Source: an uncultured delta proteobacterium | GTDB taxonomy: Bacteria; Myxococcota; Myxococcia; Myxococcales; Myxococcaceae | Reading direction: 5' to 3' | Length of the DNA: 64,000 nucleotides | Assembly: GCA_963796055.1 (NCBI GenBank) | Contig: CAWCKH010000004.1 | Location: 1,856,001 to 1,920,000, forward strand | In this document: in pieces, positions 52,706-62,105 of the stretch | Numbering within the stretch: position 1 is the stretch's first letter | How the letters are laid out: the number at the start of each line of letters is the position of its first letter | Notes under the pieces: generated by a model | Databases searched by the model: none | Told to the model about the DNA's origin: nothing | Seen by the model: only the letters and a program-made list of their open reading frames with translations | Position numbers and translations under genes: made by a program

Positions 52706-53690
52706 TCACGTTCACGACCACCCGCCCGCGCACCTGTCCATCGACGATGCGCGGGGCGAACTCCACCAGCTTGGACATCGGCACCTCCTGGGTCACCTCG
52801 TCGAGGTGCAGCTTTCCCAGGTTGTCCACCAGCAGCTTCCAGGCGCGCGTCCGCTCCTCGGCCGGTGTCAGGTCCGAGTCGCAGCCGAGGAGCGCCACGT
52901 TGCGGAGGATGAAGGGGAACACGGTCCCCGGGAAGTCCGAGCCTCCGGCCAGCCCGCACGCGGCGACCGCGCCACGGTAGGCGGTCTGGCTGCAGAGGGT
53001 GACCAGCGTCTGCCCGCCCACCGTGTCCACGCCACCGCCCCACCGTTCGGAGGCCAGCGCCGGGCCCTTCTGGGCGAGCACGTCCCGGCCGATGATGTCC
53101 GTGGCGCCGAGCTTCCGGAGGTAGTCCGCCTCGGAGGTCCGGCCGGTCGAGGCGACCACCTTCCTCCCCAGCGCCGCGAGGAGCGCCACGGCGATCGAGC
53201 CCACGCCGCCTGCGGCGCCGGTCACCACGAACTCGCGGTCGGATGCCAGCGTGCCGTGGTCCTGCAGCGCCAGCACGCAGAGGGCGGCGGTGAAGCCCGC
53301 GGTGCCGATGGCCATCGAGGTGCGCGCGTCGAGCCCCCGCGGAATCGGCAGCACCATCGCTTCCTTCACCCGGGCGCGCTGGGAGAAGCCGCCCCACCAG
53401 CTCACGCCCAGGCCGTTCCCCGTCACCAGCACCGGGTCGCCGGGGCGGAACCTCGCCCCGGTGCTCGAGCGCACCCGGCCGGCGAGGTCGATGCCGGGCA
53501 CCATCGGCCACTTGCGGATGACCTTGCCGCGACCGGTGAGCGCCAGGCCGTCCTTGTAGTTGAGCGAGCTGTAGGCCACGTCGATGGTGACCTCGCCGGG
53601 CGGCAGCGCCGCCTCCTCGAGCGCCGCGCGCTTGACCTGCGTGCGCCCGTCCGCCTGCTCGGCGACCAGAGCCGTGAAGTTATCTGCCAT
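52698..53690 (-). CDS. acuI: YhdH/AcuI family MDR oxidoreductase
   Basis: YSSLNYKDGLA, PGIDLAG, IGTAGFTA, GAAGGVGS, PFILRNV. Confidence 0.88.
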   Translation of the reverse strand: MADNFTALVAEQADGRTQVKRAALEEAALPPGEVTIDVAYSSLNYKDGLALTGRGKVIRKWPMVPGIDLAGRVRSSTGARFRPGDPVLVTGNGLGVSWWGGFSQRARVKEAMVLPIPRGLDARTSMAIGTAGFTAALCVLALQDHGTLASDREFVVTGAAGGVGSIAVALLAALGRKVVASTGRTSEADYLRKLGATDIIGRDVLAQKGPALASERWGGGVDTVGGQTLVTLCSQTAYRGAVAACGLAGGSDFPGTVFPFILRNVALLGCDSDLTPAEERTRAWKLLVDNLGKLHLDEVTQEVPMSKLVEFAPRIVDGQVRGRVVVNVND

Positions 53691-53909
53691 AGCGCCGGTG
53701 ACCATCGATCCGGCAGAGACGAAACTCCAGTCGGAGTCCGGAAAAACTTGCTCTCTCCCGCTCGACCCCCGGGCTGCTCGCCCTCGCAGGAAGGGCCCGC
53801 GGAGCTTGGCCCGCCGTTCGCAAGGCGGACGACTCAGGGCGGCGTGGGGGTCGTGGGGCGTGGCGAGACGTGGACGGTCGCTTGCAGAGCGGTTGCTGAC
53901 CTCAGTTGG

Positions 53910-54887
53910 TCAGCGAGCAGGCACTGTCCACGTCTCCGTCCACGCGTTGGAAACGGGGCGTTCGGGGGTGACCCAGTCGCGGTCACCGTCCTGCTCGGGA
54001 AAGGTGACTGGCCGTCCGTCGAAGGTCTCGCGGCGCCCCGGATAGACGAACGTCCGCCAGGCGTAGCCGATGAGCGATCGCTGCTCGAGCGCCGGATGCA
54101 GCCCCGGCCGGATGTGCGCCGCGTGGGCCTCGGGCAGCAAGCTCCAGTGCAGGCCCGGCTCCAGGTGGTGCATGCCGTGGTAGCCGTTGTTGAGGGTCAG
54201 GAAGTTGAGCAGGGGGCTGGTGAAGTTCCGGGAGTGGTTGACCGGGTGCTCGGGGTCGCAGCCGTCGTGCCAGAAGAAGTTGATTCCCACGATGCCCAGG
54301 TTGGCCACCAGCTCCGGCACCAGCACGAAGCAGAGCGCCTTGCGCCAGTCGAGTGCGAGGACCGCGAGCTTGACGCCCCAGACGAGGACGATCTCCAGTC
54401 GGCGCTGGCGCCGCCAGTCCTCGGTGCCCTTGAGCGCGGCGTAGCGACGGTTGCCGCGGACGATGGCCGGGGAGACGGCGAAGGGGAAGGCGAGGAGGTT
54501 GAGCAGGTTCCAGCGGAAGCGCACCTTCGAGGTGCGCATCACGTCCTCGCGGGCCTGCAGGAAGCGGTGGTGCGAAAGGTTGTGCCCCGGGATGTAGTCG
54601 GTGATCGGGAATCCGTAGGACAGGCTGACCCACACCTGGAAGGCCGAGTTCATCCAGCGCCGGCGGAAGACCGGGCAGTGCACCGTGTTGTGCGCGACCA
54701 CCGCTGACAGCCATGACGTGTACGCCAGGACGCCCATCGCGACGAGCCAGGCCACCCCCGGGGGGGCCGCCACCCAGGCCAACACGGTGAGCGAGGCATG
54801 GGTCGTCAGCAGGAGCAGTGTCCGGCGATCGGCGGCAAATCTGAGGATTCCCGGGCGGTCGACCCGGACTGGCAGCGAAGACTCCAC
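53910..54887 (-). CDS. Fatty acid desaturase family protein
   Basis: His boxes HNTVH, HNLSHH, HGMHH; TM helices. Confidence 0.9.
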   Translation of the reverse strand: MESSLPVRVDRPGILRFAADRRTLLLLTTHASLTVLAWVAAPPGVAWLVAMGVLAYTSWLSAVVAHNTVHCPVFRRRWMNSAFQVWVSLSYGFPITDYIPGHNLSHHRFLQAREDVMRTSKVRFRWNLLNLLAFPFAVSPAIVRGNRRYAALKGTEDWRRQRRLEIVLVWGVKLAVLALDWRKALCFVLVPELVANLGIVGINFFWHDGCDPEHPVNHSRNFTSPLLNFLTLNNGYHGMHHLEPGLHWSLLPEAHAAHIRPGLHPALEQRSLIGYAWRTFVYPGRRETFDGRPVTFPEQDGDRDWVTPERPVSNAWTETWTVPAR

Positions 54888-54948
54888 GCCGCTGCACCAA
54901 AGCAGGGGCTTCCCGCGAATGTCGAGTCTTTTACAACCGGAGGTGCGG

Positions 54949-55488
54949 TCAGGGCTGGTCGTACTTCAGGAACGACACCACCCGGTCCGAGCCCAGCCGT
55001 TCGGCGCCCCCGAGGAACGCCAGCTCGACGAGGAAGGTGAAGCCGACCACCGTCCCCCCGGCCCGGCGGATCAGCTTCTCGGTGGCTAGGGCGGTGCCCC
55101 CGGTGGCCAGCAGGTCGTCCACCACCAGGACCCGGGCGTTCCGCACCAGGGCGTCGGTGTGGAGCTCCAGCGCGTCCTCGCCGTACTCCAGCCCGTAGGC
55201 CTCGCGGTGGGCCTTGCGAGGCAGCTTTCCGGGCTTCCGGACCGGCACGAAGCCACGACGCAGCGTGGCAGCTAGGGCCCCGCCGAGGATGAAGCCCCGG
55301 GCCTCGATTCCCACCACCTCGGTGACCTCCAGGGTCGCCACCCGCGCAGCGAGCGCGCAGACGACCCCGTGGAAGAGCAGCGGGTCGGCGAGCACCGGCG
55401 TGAGGTCCTTGAAGACGATGCCGGGCCTGGGAAAATCCGGCACGTCACGGATACGGGCTGCGACGGCCTCGAGCAGAGGAGGGCTCAT
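54949..55488 (-). CDS. apt: Adenine phosphoribosyltransferase
   Basis: PDFPRPGIVFKD, EARGF, RKPGKLP, LEYG, VDDLLATGGT. Confidence 0.96.
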   Translation of the reverse strand: MSPPLLEAVAARIRDVPDFPRPGIVFKDLTPVLADPLLFHGVVCALAARVATLEVTEVVGIEARGFILGGALAATLRRGFVPVRKPGKLPRKAHREAYGLEYGEDALELHTDALVRNARVLVVDDLLATGGTALATEKLIRRAGGTVVGFTFLVELAFLGGAERLGSDRVVSFLKYDQP

Positions 55489-55538
55489 GGACTGCCGGGC
55501 AGCATATGCCGCCCCCGGGGTGGTATAGGCGTCGCGCC

Positions 55539-56558
55539 ATGACCGAACCGGCCTCCAGGCGCGGGCGCCCCACGCTCGTGAAGGAACCTCTGCCGCTCGA
55601 CCACAAGCTCCTGGTCCGCATGCACGACCTGATGGTCGAGTCCCGGGTACTCGAGGAGCGGTTGATCCAGATGTACCGCCAGGGCCACGGGTACTTCTGG
55701 ATCGGCGGCCCGGGGGAGGAGGCGTTCAACGTCGCCCTGGGCCTGCTGATGAAGAAGGGCCAGGGCCCGGCCCACGACTACCTGCACGCGCACTACCGCC
55801 AGAGCGCCACCATGATGGCCCTGGGCGAGGACCCCATTGGCGCGCTCCGGCAGATGAAGAGCACCGCGAGCGATCCGTACTCGGGGGGCCGCAACTTCGC
55901 CGGCCACTTCAGCAGGCGCGAGTGGAACATCGTCCCGGTGTCGAGCCCGATCGAGGTGCAGTACGCGATGGCCCCTGGCACCGCGCTGGCCCAGAAGCGG
56001 CACGGGGGCGACGGCATCACCATCGTCACCGGCGGCGACGCCGGCACGGCCGAGGGCGACTTTGCCAGCTGCCTGGTGTGGAGCACCCGGCCGGGGAACG
56101 AGCTCCCGCTGCTGATCGTCGTCACCCACAACCAGTGGGGCATCTCCACCTCGGCGGCGACCCAGCAGGGCTGCAAGACCATCGCCGACCGCGGCAAGGC
56201 GTTCGGGATGCAGACCAAGACCATCGACGGGAACGACCCCATCGTCAGCTACCTCGAGCTGCAGAAGGCGATGGGCTACGTCCGGACGGAGCGGAGGCCG
56301 TACCTGCTCGAGGCCAACGTCTCGCGCCTCTATGGCCACTCCAGCGCCTCCGGGGCGAACTTCGTGACCGTGGAGCAGGACTGCATCGCCGAGTTTGAGA
56401 AGAAGCTCGAGGCCCACGGCATCCTCACCCGTGCGGAGATGGAGAAGGTCCGCGCGCGCTGGACCGAGGAGATCGCCGCCAAGGCCCGGCAGGTCCGCGA
56501 CGAGCCGCTCCCCGAGCCCTCCACCATCTGGAAGCACGTCTACGCGGAGGATCGCTGA
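55539..56558 (+). CDS. 2-oxoacid dehydrogenase E1 alpha (probably branched-chain)
   Basis: GPGEEA, HYRQ, TPP motif GDAGTAEGD...HNQWGIS, RLYGHSS. Confidence 0.9.
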   Translation: MTEPASRRGRPTLVKEPLPLDHKLLVRMHDLMVESRVLEERLIQMYRQGHGYFWIGGPGEEAFNVALGLLMKKGQGPAHDYLHAHYRQSATMMALGEDPIGALRQMKSTASDPYSGGRNFAGHFSRREWNIVPVSSPIEVQYAMAPGTALAQKRHGGDGITIVTGGDAGTAEGDFASCLVWSTRPGNELPLLIVVTHNQWGISTSAATQQGCKTIADRGKAFGMQTKTIDGNDPIVSYLELQKAMGYVRTERRPYLLEANVSRLYGHSSASGANFVTVEQDCIAEFEKKLEAHGILTRAEMEKVRARWTEEIAAKARQVRDEPLPEPSTIWKHVYAEDR

Positions 56559-57613
56559 TGGCCAGCATGGCGCAGGCCATCCGTCTGGCGCTGCACTACG
56601 CCGAGGAGCACCTGGGGGTGACCGACGTCTTCGGCGAGGACGTGGGCCCGCCGCTGGGGGGCGTGTTCACCGCGACGCAGGGGCTGAAGACCGCCTGGAA
56701 CAGCCCGCTGGACGAGCGGGGGATCATCGGTTGCGCCATCGGCCTGGCGCTCGCCGGGCAGCGTCCGGTCGCGGAGATCCAGTTCTGCGACTACATCTAC
56801 AACACCATCGACCTGCTCAAGATTGCCGGCAACACCTGCTGGGCGAGCGCCGGCGACTGGAACGTGCCGATGGTGGTCCGAACCCCGGTGGGCTCGGGGA
56901 TCCGCGGGAGCATCTACCACTCGCACAGCTTCGACGCGACGATGACCCACATCCCGGGGTGGAAGGTGGTGATGCCTTCCACGCCGCTGGACGCCTACGG
57001 GCTGCTGCTCTCCGCCTGCCAGGACCAGAATCCGGTGATGGTGCTGGAGCCGAAGGCGCTGCTCCGGATGAAGGGCGAGGAGCCCATCCCCGGTGAGCCC
57101 GGCGACGACCGGGTGCTCTCCAAGATGATCGACGCCCCGCTGGGCGACCGCTCGCAGTGGAAACCGCAGTGGCCGGAGGTTCAGCCGTACACGGTGCCCA
57201 TCGGGAAGGGAAAGCTGGTCCTCGCCGGCACCGACCTCACCGTGGTCAGCTACGGGCGCACCCTGCCGCTCTCGGTCAAGGCGGCCCAGACGCTCTCCAG
57301 CGAGGGCATCTCCGCCGAGGTGATCGACCTGCGATCGCTCTGGCCCTACGACTGGGAGATGATCCGCGAATCGGTCAAGAAGACCGGCCGGGTGCTGTTC
57401 GTCAACGAGGACACCGAGGTGACCAACTTCGGCGAGCACCTCCTCCGCCGAACGGCGGAGGAGCTGTTCTACGAGCTGCTCGCCCCTCCGCGGCTGCTGG
57501 CCGGGAAGTTCGTGCCCGGCATCGGCCTGGCCGACCCGCTGGAGATGGCGTCGGTGCCGCAGCTGGGCGACATCACCGAGGCGATGCGCGCGCTAGGGCG
57601 CGAGCAGCCCTGA
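56558..57613 (+). CDS. 2-oxoacid dehydrogenase E1 beta
   Basis: FGEDVG, GGVF, PLDERGI, EIQFCDY, HSHS, LEPKAL, IDLRSL. Confidence 0.92.
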   Translation: MASMAQAIRLALHYAEEHLGVTDVFGEDVGPPLGGVFTATQGLKTAWNSPLDERGIIGCAIGLALAGQRPVAEIQFCDYIYNTIDLLKIAGNTCWASAGDWNVPMVVRTPVGSGIRGSIYHSHSFDATMTHIPGWKVVMPSTPLDAYGLLLSACQDQNPVMVLEPKALLRMKGEEPIPGEPGDDRVLSKMIDAPLGDRSQWKPQWPEVQPYTVPIGKGKLVLAGTDLTVVSYGRTLPLSVKAAQTLSSEGISAEVIDLRSLWPYDWEMIRESVKKTGRVLFVNEDTEVTNFGEHLLRRTAEELFYELLAPPRLLAGKFVPGIGLADPLEMASVPQLGDITEAMRALGREQP

Positions 57614-57634
57614 AGCTGGTCCGGTCGATCGGGC

Positions 57635-58003
57635 TCAGATCTGGGAGTGCAGCCCGATCATGTTGCCCTCGGTGTCGTAGACCAAGGAGATGAAGCCGTA
57701 CTCGCCGATGGACATCTTCGGCTTCTCCACCCGGCCCCCGAGCTTTTTCGCCCGACCTTCCTGGACCGCACAGTCCTCGCACGTGAAGTAGACCAGGACG
57801 CTGTTCTTGCCCGAGGGGAAGCCTTCGTACTTGCACAGCGCGCCTCCGGAGCCTTTCCCTTCTCGCTCCATCGGGAACATCCAGTACTCGAGCTTGGGGT
57901 TGGGCATCTGTTCGAGCTTGAACCCGAAGACCCCCTCGTAGAACGCCTTCGCCCGCGTCATGTCCTGCACGTAGATCTCGAACCAACCCACTGGATTGCC
58001 CAT
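57635..58003 (-). CDS. VOC family protein
   Basis: NPVGWFEIYVQDMTRAKAFYE, DTEGNMIGLHS. Confidence 0.9.
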   Translation of the reverse strand: MGNPVGWFEIYVQDMTRAKAFYEGVFGFKLEQMPNPKLEYWMFPMEREGKGSGGALCKYEGFPSGKNSVLVYFTCEDCAVQEGRAKKLGGRVEKPKMSIGEYGFISLVYDTEGNMIGLHSQI

Positions 58004-58251
58004 GTCGTTCTCCTGCTTGTTCGGCCTCACTTGCTGGCGTCCGGTTCCAACCCCTTACGTCGGCGACTTCTCGAACCCCGACGCAGGAATGGTGGATGCG
58101 GGGACCTATCCCGATTTCTCGGTCGCTGGAATCTACGATTCGCCGACCTCGCCGTATCCGGGGCCAAGGCTCGAGCGGATGCTCGGCCGCCGGAGACGGA
58201 ACCGGTGTGGCCTGCTGGACTCTGGCACGCTGGTGCTTGCCTTCGCGATCC

Positions 58252-58656
58252 TCAGGCGCCGAGGGTCTTCCGGATCTCGTCCGGGACCCGGACCTTCTCC
58301 TGTCTCTCGTAGTTGATGAGCACCACCACCGCGCGGCCCCGGGCGACGACGCGCGCCGGGTCACCCGCGTGCCAGATCTCGTGCGCCAGGACGAGGCTGG
58401 TGTTCCCCACCCGCTCGGCCCGCATTCCCACCGTGATGCGCGCCGGATACTCCACCGGCTCCAGGTAGTCGTTCTCGATCCGGGCGAGGATCGGTCCCAC
58501 CGGCTCCCCGGGCACGGTGGCCATCCCGAGCCTCCGGAACAGGGCGATGCGTGCCGTCTCCGCCCAGGCGATGTAGCGGATGTTGTTCACGTGCCCGAGC
58601 GCGTCCATTTCGCCCCAGGCCACGTCCAGCGTCACCTCGATGGTCCACTCGCCCAT
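58252..58656 (-). CDS. Acyl-CoA thioesterase (4HBT/hotdog fold)
   Basis: WGEMDALGHVNNIRY, ETARI, VGNTSL. Confidence 0.92.
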   Translation of the reverse strand: MGEWTIEVTLDVAWGEMDALGHVNNIRYIAWAETARIALFRRLGMATVPGEPVGPILARIENDYLEPVEYPARITVGMRAERVGNTSLVLAHEIWHAGDPARVVARGRAVVVLINYERQEKVRVPDEIRKTLGA

Positions 58657-58800
58657 GGGGGCCTCCCGTCGCCCGCCCGTCACCCGGGCGGCCCGGCGCT
58701 CCTGCCGGACGTTTCTGTCGCTGCCGCCGCCTCGGCGCAATCCCCCGGAGCGCTCGCAAGAAACGTTGCACCGGCGAACCGGGAAAGACAGGATGGGGCT

Positions 58801-58975
58801 CGCCCTGCGGGGCGAAAAGGAGGTGATGCCTTGACCCAGAAAACTCAAGGCGTCGCCTCTCTGGGCGCGGCGTAGAGCAAGCAGGGCCGCGCGCACGAGA
58901 GCGGCGCACAGGCTTCAAGCCCGCCCCCTGGTGGCTGGAGGCGCAGTGTCTGGCCACCGGGGAGGCGGGTTCTTG
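58801..58975 (+). ncRNA. Candidate structured sRNA or small-ORF transcript
   Basis: Successive hairpins, perfect SD AAGGAGGTGAT, 14-aa ORF 58831..58875, terminal stem-loop followed by TTCTT. Confidence 0.45.
58918..58975 (+). terminator. Long GC-rich stem-loop with short U tract
   Basis: AGCCCGCC-CCCTGGTGGC pairs with GCCACCGGGG-A-GGCGGGTT; also faces the 3' end of the MATE gene. Confidence 0.55.
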
Positions 58976-59013
58976 CTGTCCGCCGTCCGCGCTCACTTCT
59001 GGGCATCCTCTCG

Positions 59014-60438
59014 CTAGACCGCCACCCGCTTCCACGCACCGCGCCGGAACACGGCCCCGCTCGCCACCGCGAGGAGGCTGAAGGCCGCCAGGCAGGCGAT
59101 GAAGGCCCCGGTGGTCCCGAGCCCGGCATGGACCGCGAGGACCCAGGCCAGCGGCAGCTCGAAGGCCCAGAAGCAGAGCCCGTTCAGCCAGGTGGGGGCC
59201 CAGGTCGCCCCGGCGCCGTTCAGCGACTGGGTGAAGGTCATCCCGTACGCGTAGAAGGCGAATCCGGCGGAGATGATGCGGAGCCCGCGGACGCCGTGGC
59301 CGAGCACCACCGGGTCGGTGGTGAAGATGTCCACGATCTGTGGAGCGACGGCGATGAACAGCAGGCCCACCGTCCCGAGGAAGACCGCGCCCACGTGGCC
59401 GGCCATCCATGCGGCGCGCTCGGCCCGGTCGGGCTTCTTCGCTCCCAGGTTCTGCCCCACCAGCGTGGCCGCGGCGTTCGCCAGTCCGAAGGAGGGGAGC
59501 AGGGCGAAGAGGATCAGCCGGATGGCGATGGTGTAGCCGGCGACCGCCTGGCTGCCGAACCGGGAGATGATCCGGACCAGGAAGATCCAGCTGGTCATCC
59601 CCACCACGGTCTGGAGCGTGCCCGCGCCCGAGAGCCGCAGGACGGAGAGCATCGTCCTCGCCTCGAGCCGCACGTGCCGCATCCGTACCGTCAGCCGCCC
59701 GTCCCCACGCGTCAGCCGGTACAGCTGGTAGAGCACGCCGGTGGTTCGCCCGATGGAGGTGGCCAGGGCGGCGCCCACCACGCCCATCCTCGGAAAGGGG
59801 CCGACGCCGAACACCAGGCACGGGCCGAGGACGACGTTGATGCCGTTGGCGAGCCACAGCACCCGCATCGCCGTGGCCGCATCCCCCGCGCCCCGGAAGA
59901 TGGCGTTGATCAGGAACAGCAGGCAGACCGAGACGTTGGCCCCCAGCATCAGCCGGGTGAAGTTCACGCCGTGCTCCAGCACCCAGGGCGAGGCGCCCAT
60001 CGCCCGCAGCAACGTGGGGGCGAGCACCGCCCCCGCAGCGGACAGCGGGATGCCGAAGAGCAGACCCAGGGCGATGGCCTGCACCGCCGTGCGCGCGGCC
60101 GCCTCCTGGTCCTTTTCCCCCATCCGCCGGGCGACCAGCGACATGGCGCCGATGGAGAGCCCGAAGGCCAGGGCGTAGACCATGGTCTCCATCGTCTCGG
60201 TGAGGCCCACCGTCGCCTGGGCCTCGGGACCCAGCCGCCCGACGAAGAAGATGTCGGTGACCGCGAACACCGACTCCATCACCATCTCCAGCACCATCGG
60301 GACCGCGAGGACGAAGATGGCCCGCCCCAGCGGCAACTCGGTCAGGTCGAGGTGGGTGCCGCGCAGCGCCTCCCGGATCTCGCCCCAGAGCGAGCCATCG
60401 CGGACGGGGCGAGCGTCGGTGTCGGGTACGGCGTCCAT
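59014..60438 (-). CDS. MATE family efflux transporter
   Basis: LAVPMVLEMVMES, DIFFVGRLG, RGAGDA, GAALAT, TLVGQNLGA. Confidence 0.93.
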   Translation of the reverse strand: MDAVPDTDARPVRDGSLWGEIREALRGTHLDLTELPLGRAIFVLAVPMVLEMVMESVFAVTDIFFVGRLGPEAQATVGLTETMETMVYALAFGLSIGAMSLVARRMGEKDQEAAARTAVQAIALGLLFGIPLSAAGAVLAPTLLRAMGASPWVLEHGVNFTRLMLGANVSVCLLFLINAIFRGAGDAATAMRVLWLANGINVVLGPCLVFGVGPFPRMGVVGAALATSIGRTTGVLYQLYRLTRGDGRLTVRMRHVRLEARTMLSVLRLSGAGTLQTVVGMTSWIFLVRIISRFGSQAVAGYTIAIRLILFALLPSFGLANAAATLVGQNLGAKKPDRAERAAWMAGHVGAVFLGTVGLLFIAVAPQIVDIFTTDPVVLGHGVRGLRIISAGFAFYAYGMTFTQSLNGAGATWAPTWLNGLCFWAFELPLAWVLAVHAGLGTTGAFIACLAAFSLLAVASGAVFRRGAWKRVAV

Positions 60439-60522
60439 CGTGACTCCGGAGGAGGCGTGTGGCTCTGGACTGCCGCGGGGGTCAAGCCGATCTGCGAGAG
60501 GCTCGTCCCCGGTCGCGAAGCG

Positions 60523-61029
60523 CTACAGCGGAGTCAGACGTCCATAGGACCGGTTCTGATACACCAGCGCCCGGTCGGTGTCACCCGGGTGAACGGCTGT
60601 GACCTCGGCCAGGACCAGCAAGTGATCTCCGCGTTCCTGCCGCTCGACGATGCGGGCGCTGAACGCACCGGTGGTGCCGGCGAGCAGAGGCGTGCCGTGC
60701 GCGTCCAGGGTCCAGGGGAAGCGCTCCCACGCGTCCCCCCGGTCCCGGTGGTGGCGGGCAAAGGCGTGGCTGAGGTCGGCCTGGCTCTCCGAGAGGAGAT
60801 TCACCGCCAGGTGGTCCGCGTCCTCGATCAGGTCATCCGCCCCCGAGTCCCGCCCCACGCCCAGGGCGAGCAGTGGCGGCTCGAGCGAGAGCATCATGAA
60901 CGCCGTGGCGGTGAAGCCGTCCACCTCCGGCGCCTCCGGGGTGATGGCGGAGGGCCGCCGGCGCGCGGTCACCACGGTGACCGTGGCCGCCCAGGTGCGT
61001 GCGAGGGAGAGAAGGGCTTCCTTGTCCAC
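60523..61029 (-). CDS. Flavin reductase family protein
   Basis: VTVVTA, GFTATAF, SLEPPL, AVNLL, GDHLL. Confidence 0.88.
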   Translation of the reverse strand: MDKEALLSLARTWAATVTVVTARRRPSAITPEAPEVDGFTATAFMMLSLEPPLLALGVGRDSGADDLIEDADHLAVNLLSESQADLSHAFARHHRDRGDAWERFPWTLDAHGTPLLAGTTGAFSARIVERQERGDHLLVLAEVTAVHPGDTDRALVYQNRSYGRLTPL

Positions 61030-61096
61030 CTGGCGTCAGCTTCTAGCCGCCCACGTGGAGCTTGACGAGCGGTCCGCGAAGCGCTCTTCCAGTCCC

Positions 61097-61951
61097 ATGC
61101 GGCTCGCGAGCTGGATTCATCGGGGACGGGAAGGTTTTGGACAGGTGGTCGAGGGCGGGGTGGTGGACGCGGTGCCCCGCCTCGACGGGCGCTACCCCAC
61201 CTTGAGGGCGGCGCTGGCCTCGGGGGCGCTGGGCGAAGTGCGCCGGGCGACCGAGGGTGCCTCGGCCGATCACGGGCTGGAGGAGATCACCTGGCTGCCG
61301 CCCATCCCCCATCCGGAGAAGATCCTCTGCGTGGGCATCAACTACGTCGCCCACCGCGAGGAGACGGGCCGCAGCGAGACGGAGTTCCCCACGCTCTTCA
61401 CCCGCTTCGCCAACACCCAGGTGGGCCACGAGCAGCCGCTGGTCCGGCCCCGGGTCTCGACCGAGCTGGACTACGAGGCCGAGCTCGCGGTCATCGTCGG
61501 CAAGCCTGCGCGCCACGTGCGACGCGAGGACGCGCTGTCGTTCGTCGCTGGCTACTCCTGTTACCAGGACGCGACATTGCGGGACTGGCAGCGGCACACC
61601 AGCCAGTTCACCCCGGGGAAGAACTTCATCGGCACCGGGGGGTTCGGCCCGTGGATGGTGACCGCCGACGAGATTCCGGATCCCTCCCGGCTGACCGTGG
61701 TGGGCCGACTGAACAAGACCGAGATGCAGCGCGCCTCCACCGATCTGCTCATCTTCGACATCCCCGCGCTCATCGCGTACATCACCACCTTCACCGAGCT
61801 GGTCCCCGGGGACGTCATCTCCACCGGGACCCCGGGCGGGGTCGGCTCGAAGCGGCAGCCCCCGGTGTGGCTGAAGCCGGGCGACGTGTTCGAGGTGGAG
61901 ATCTCCAGCGTCGGCGTGCTCCGGAACACCGTCGTCGACGAGCCACGCTGA
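61097..61951 (+). CDS. Fumarylacetoacetate hydrolase family protein
   Basis: KILCVGINY, LDYEAELA, RDWQ, GKNF, GDVISTGTPGGVG. Confidence 0.93.
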   Translation: MRLASWIHRGREGFGQVVEGGVVDAVPRLDGRYPTLRAALASGALGEVRRATEGASADHGLEEITWLPPIPHPEKILCVGINYVAHREETGRSETEFPTLFTRFANTQVGHEQPLVRPRVSTELDYEAELAVIVGKPARHVRREDALSFVAGYSCYQDATLRDWQRHTSQFTPGKNFIGTGGFGPWMVTADEIPDPSRLTVVGRLNKTEMQRASTDLLIFDIPALIAYITTFTELVPGDVISTGTPGGVGSKRQPPVWLKPGDVFEVEISSVGVLRNTVVDEPR

Positions 61952-62105
61952 GCTGCGCGCCTGTGGAGGCGCGGGAGTTGCGAGCCCGGGTGGTGCGCGA
62001 CCTGCCTGTTGCGCCGCGACGCTCGGCTGACCCCCCCTGTGGACTCGCAACCCCCCGTGTCGTGGTGTGTTCCGGACGGATCGGGGGTTGCAAGGTTTCC
62101 GCGGC

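Noticed and set aside
58223..58240. Sigma54 promoter TGGCACGCTGGTGC
   Set aside because: GG to GC spacing is 9 rather than 10
58809..58975. tmRNA (GGGGCGAAAAGG start, peptide ending LGAA)
   Set aside because: Too short, with no T-arm or acceptor-stem CCA end
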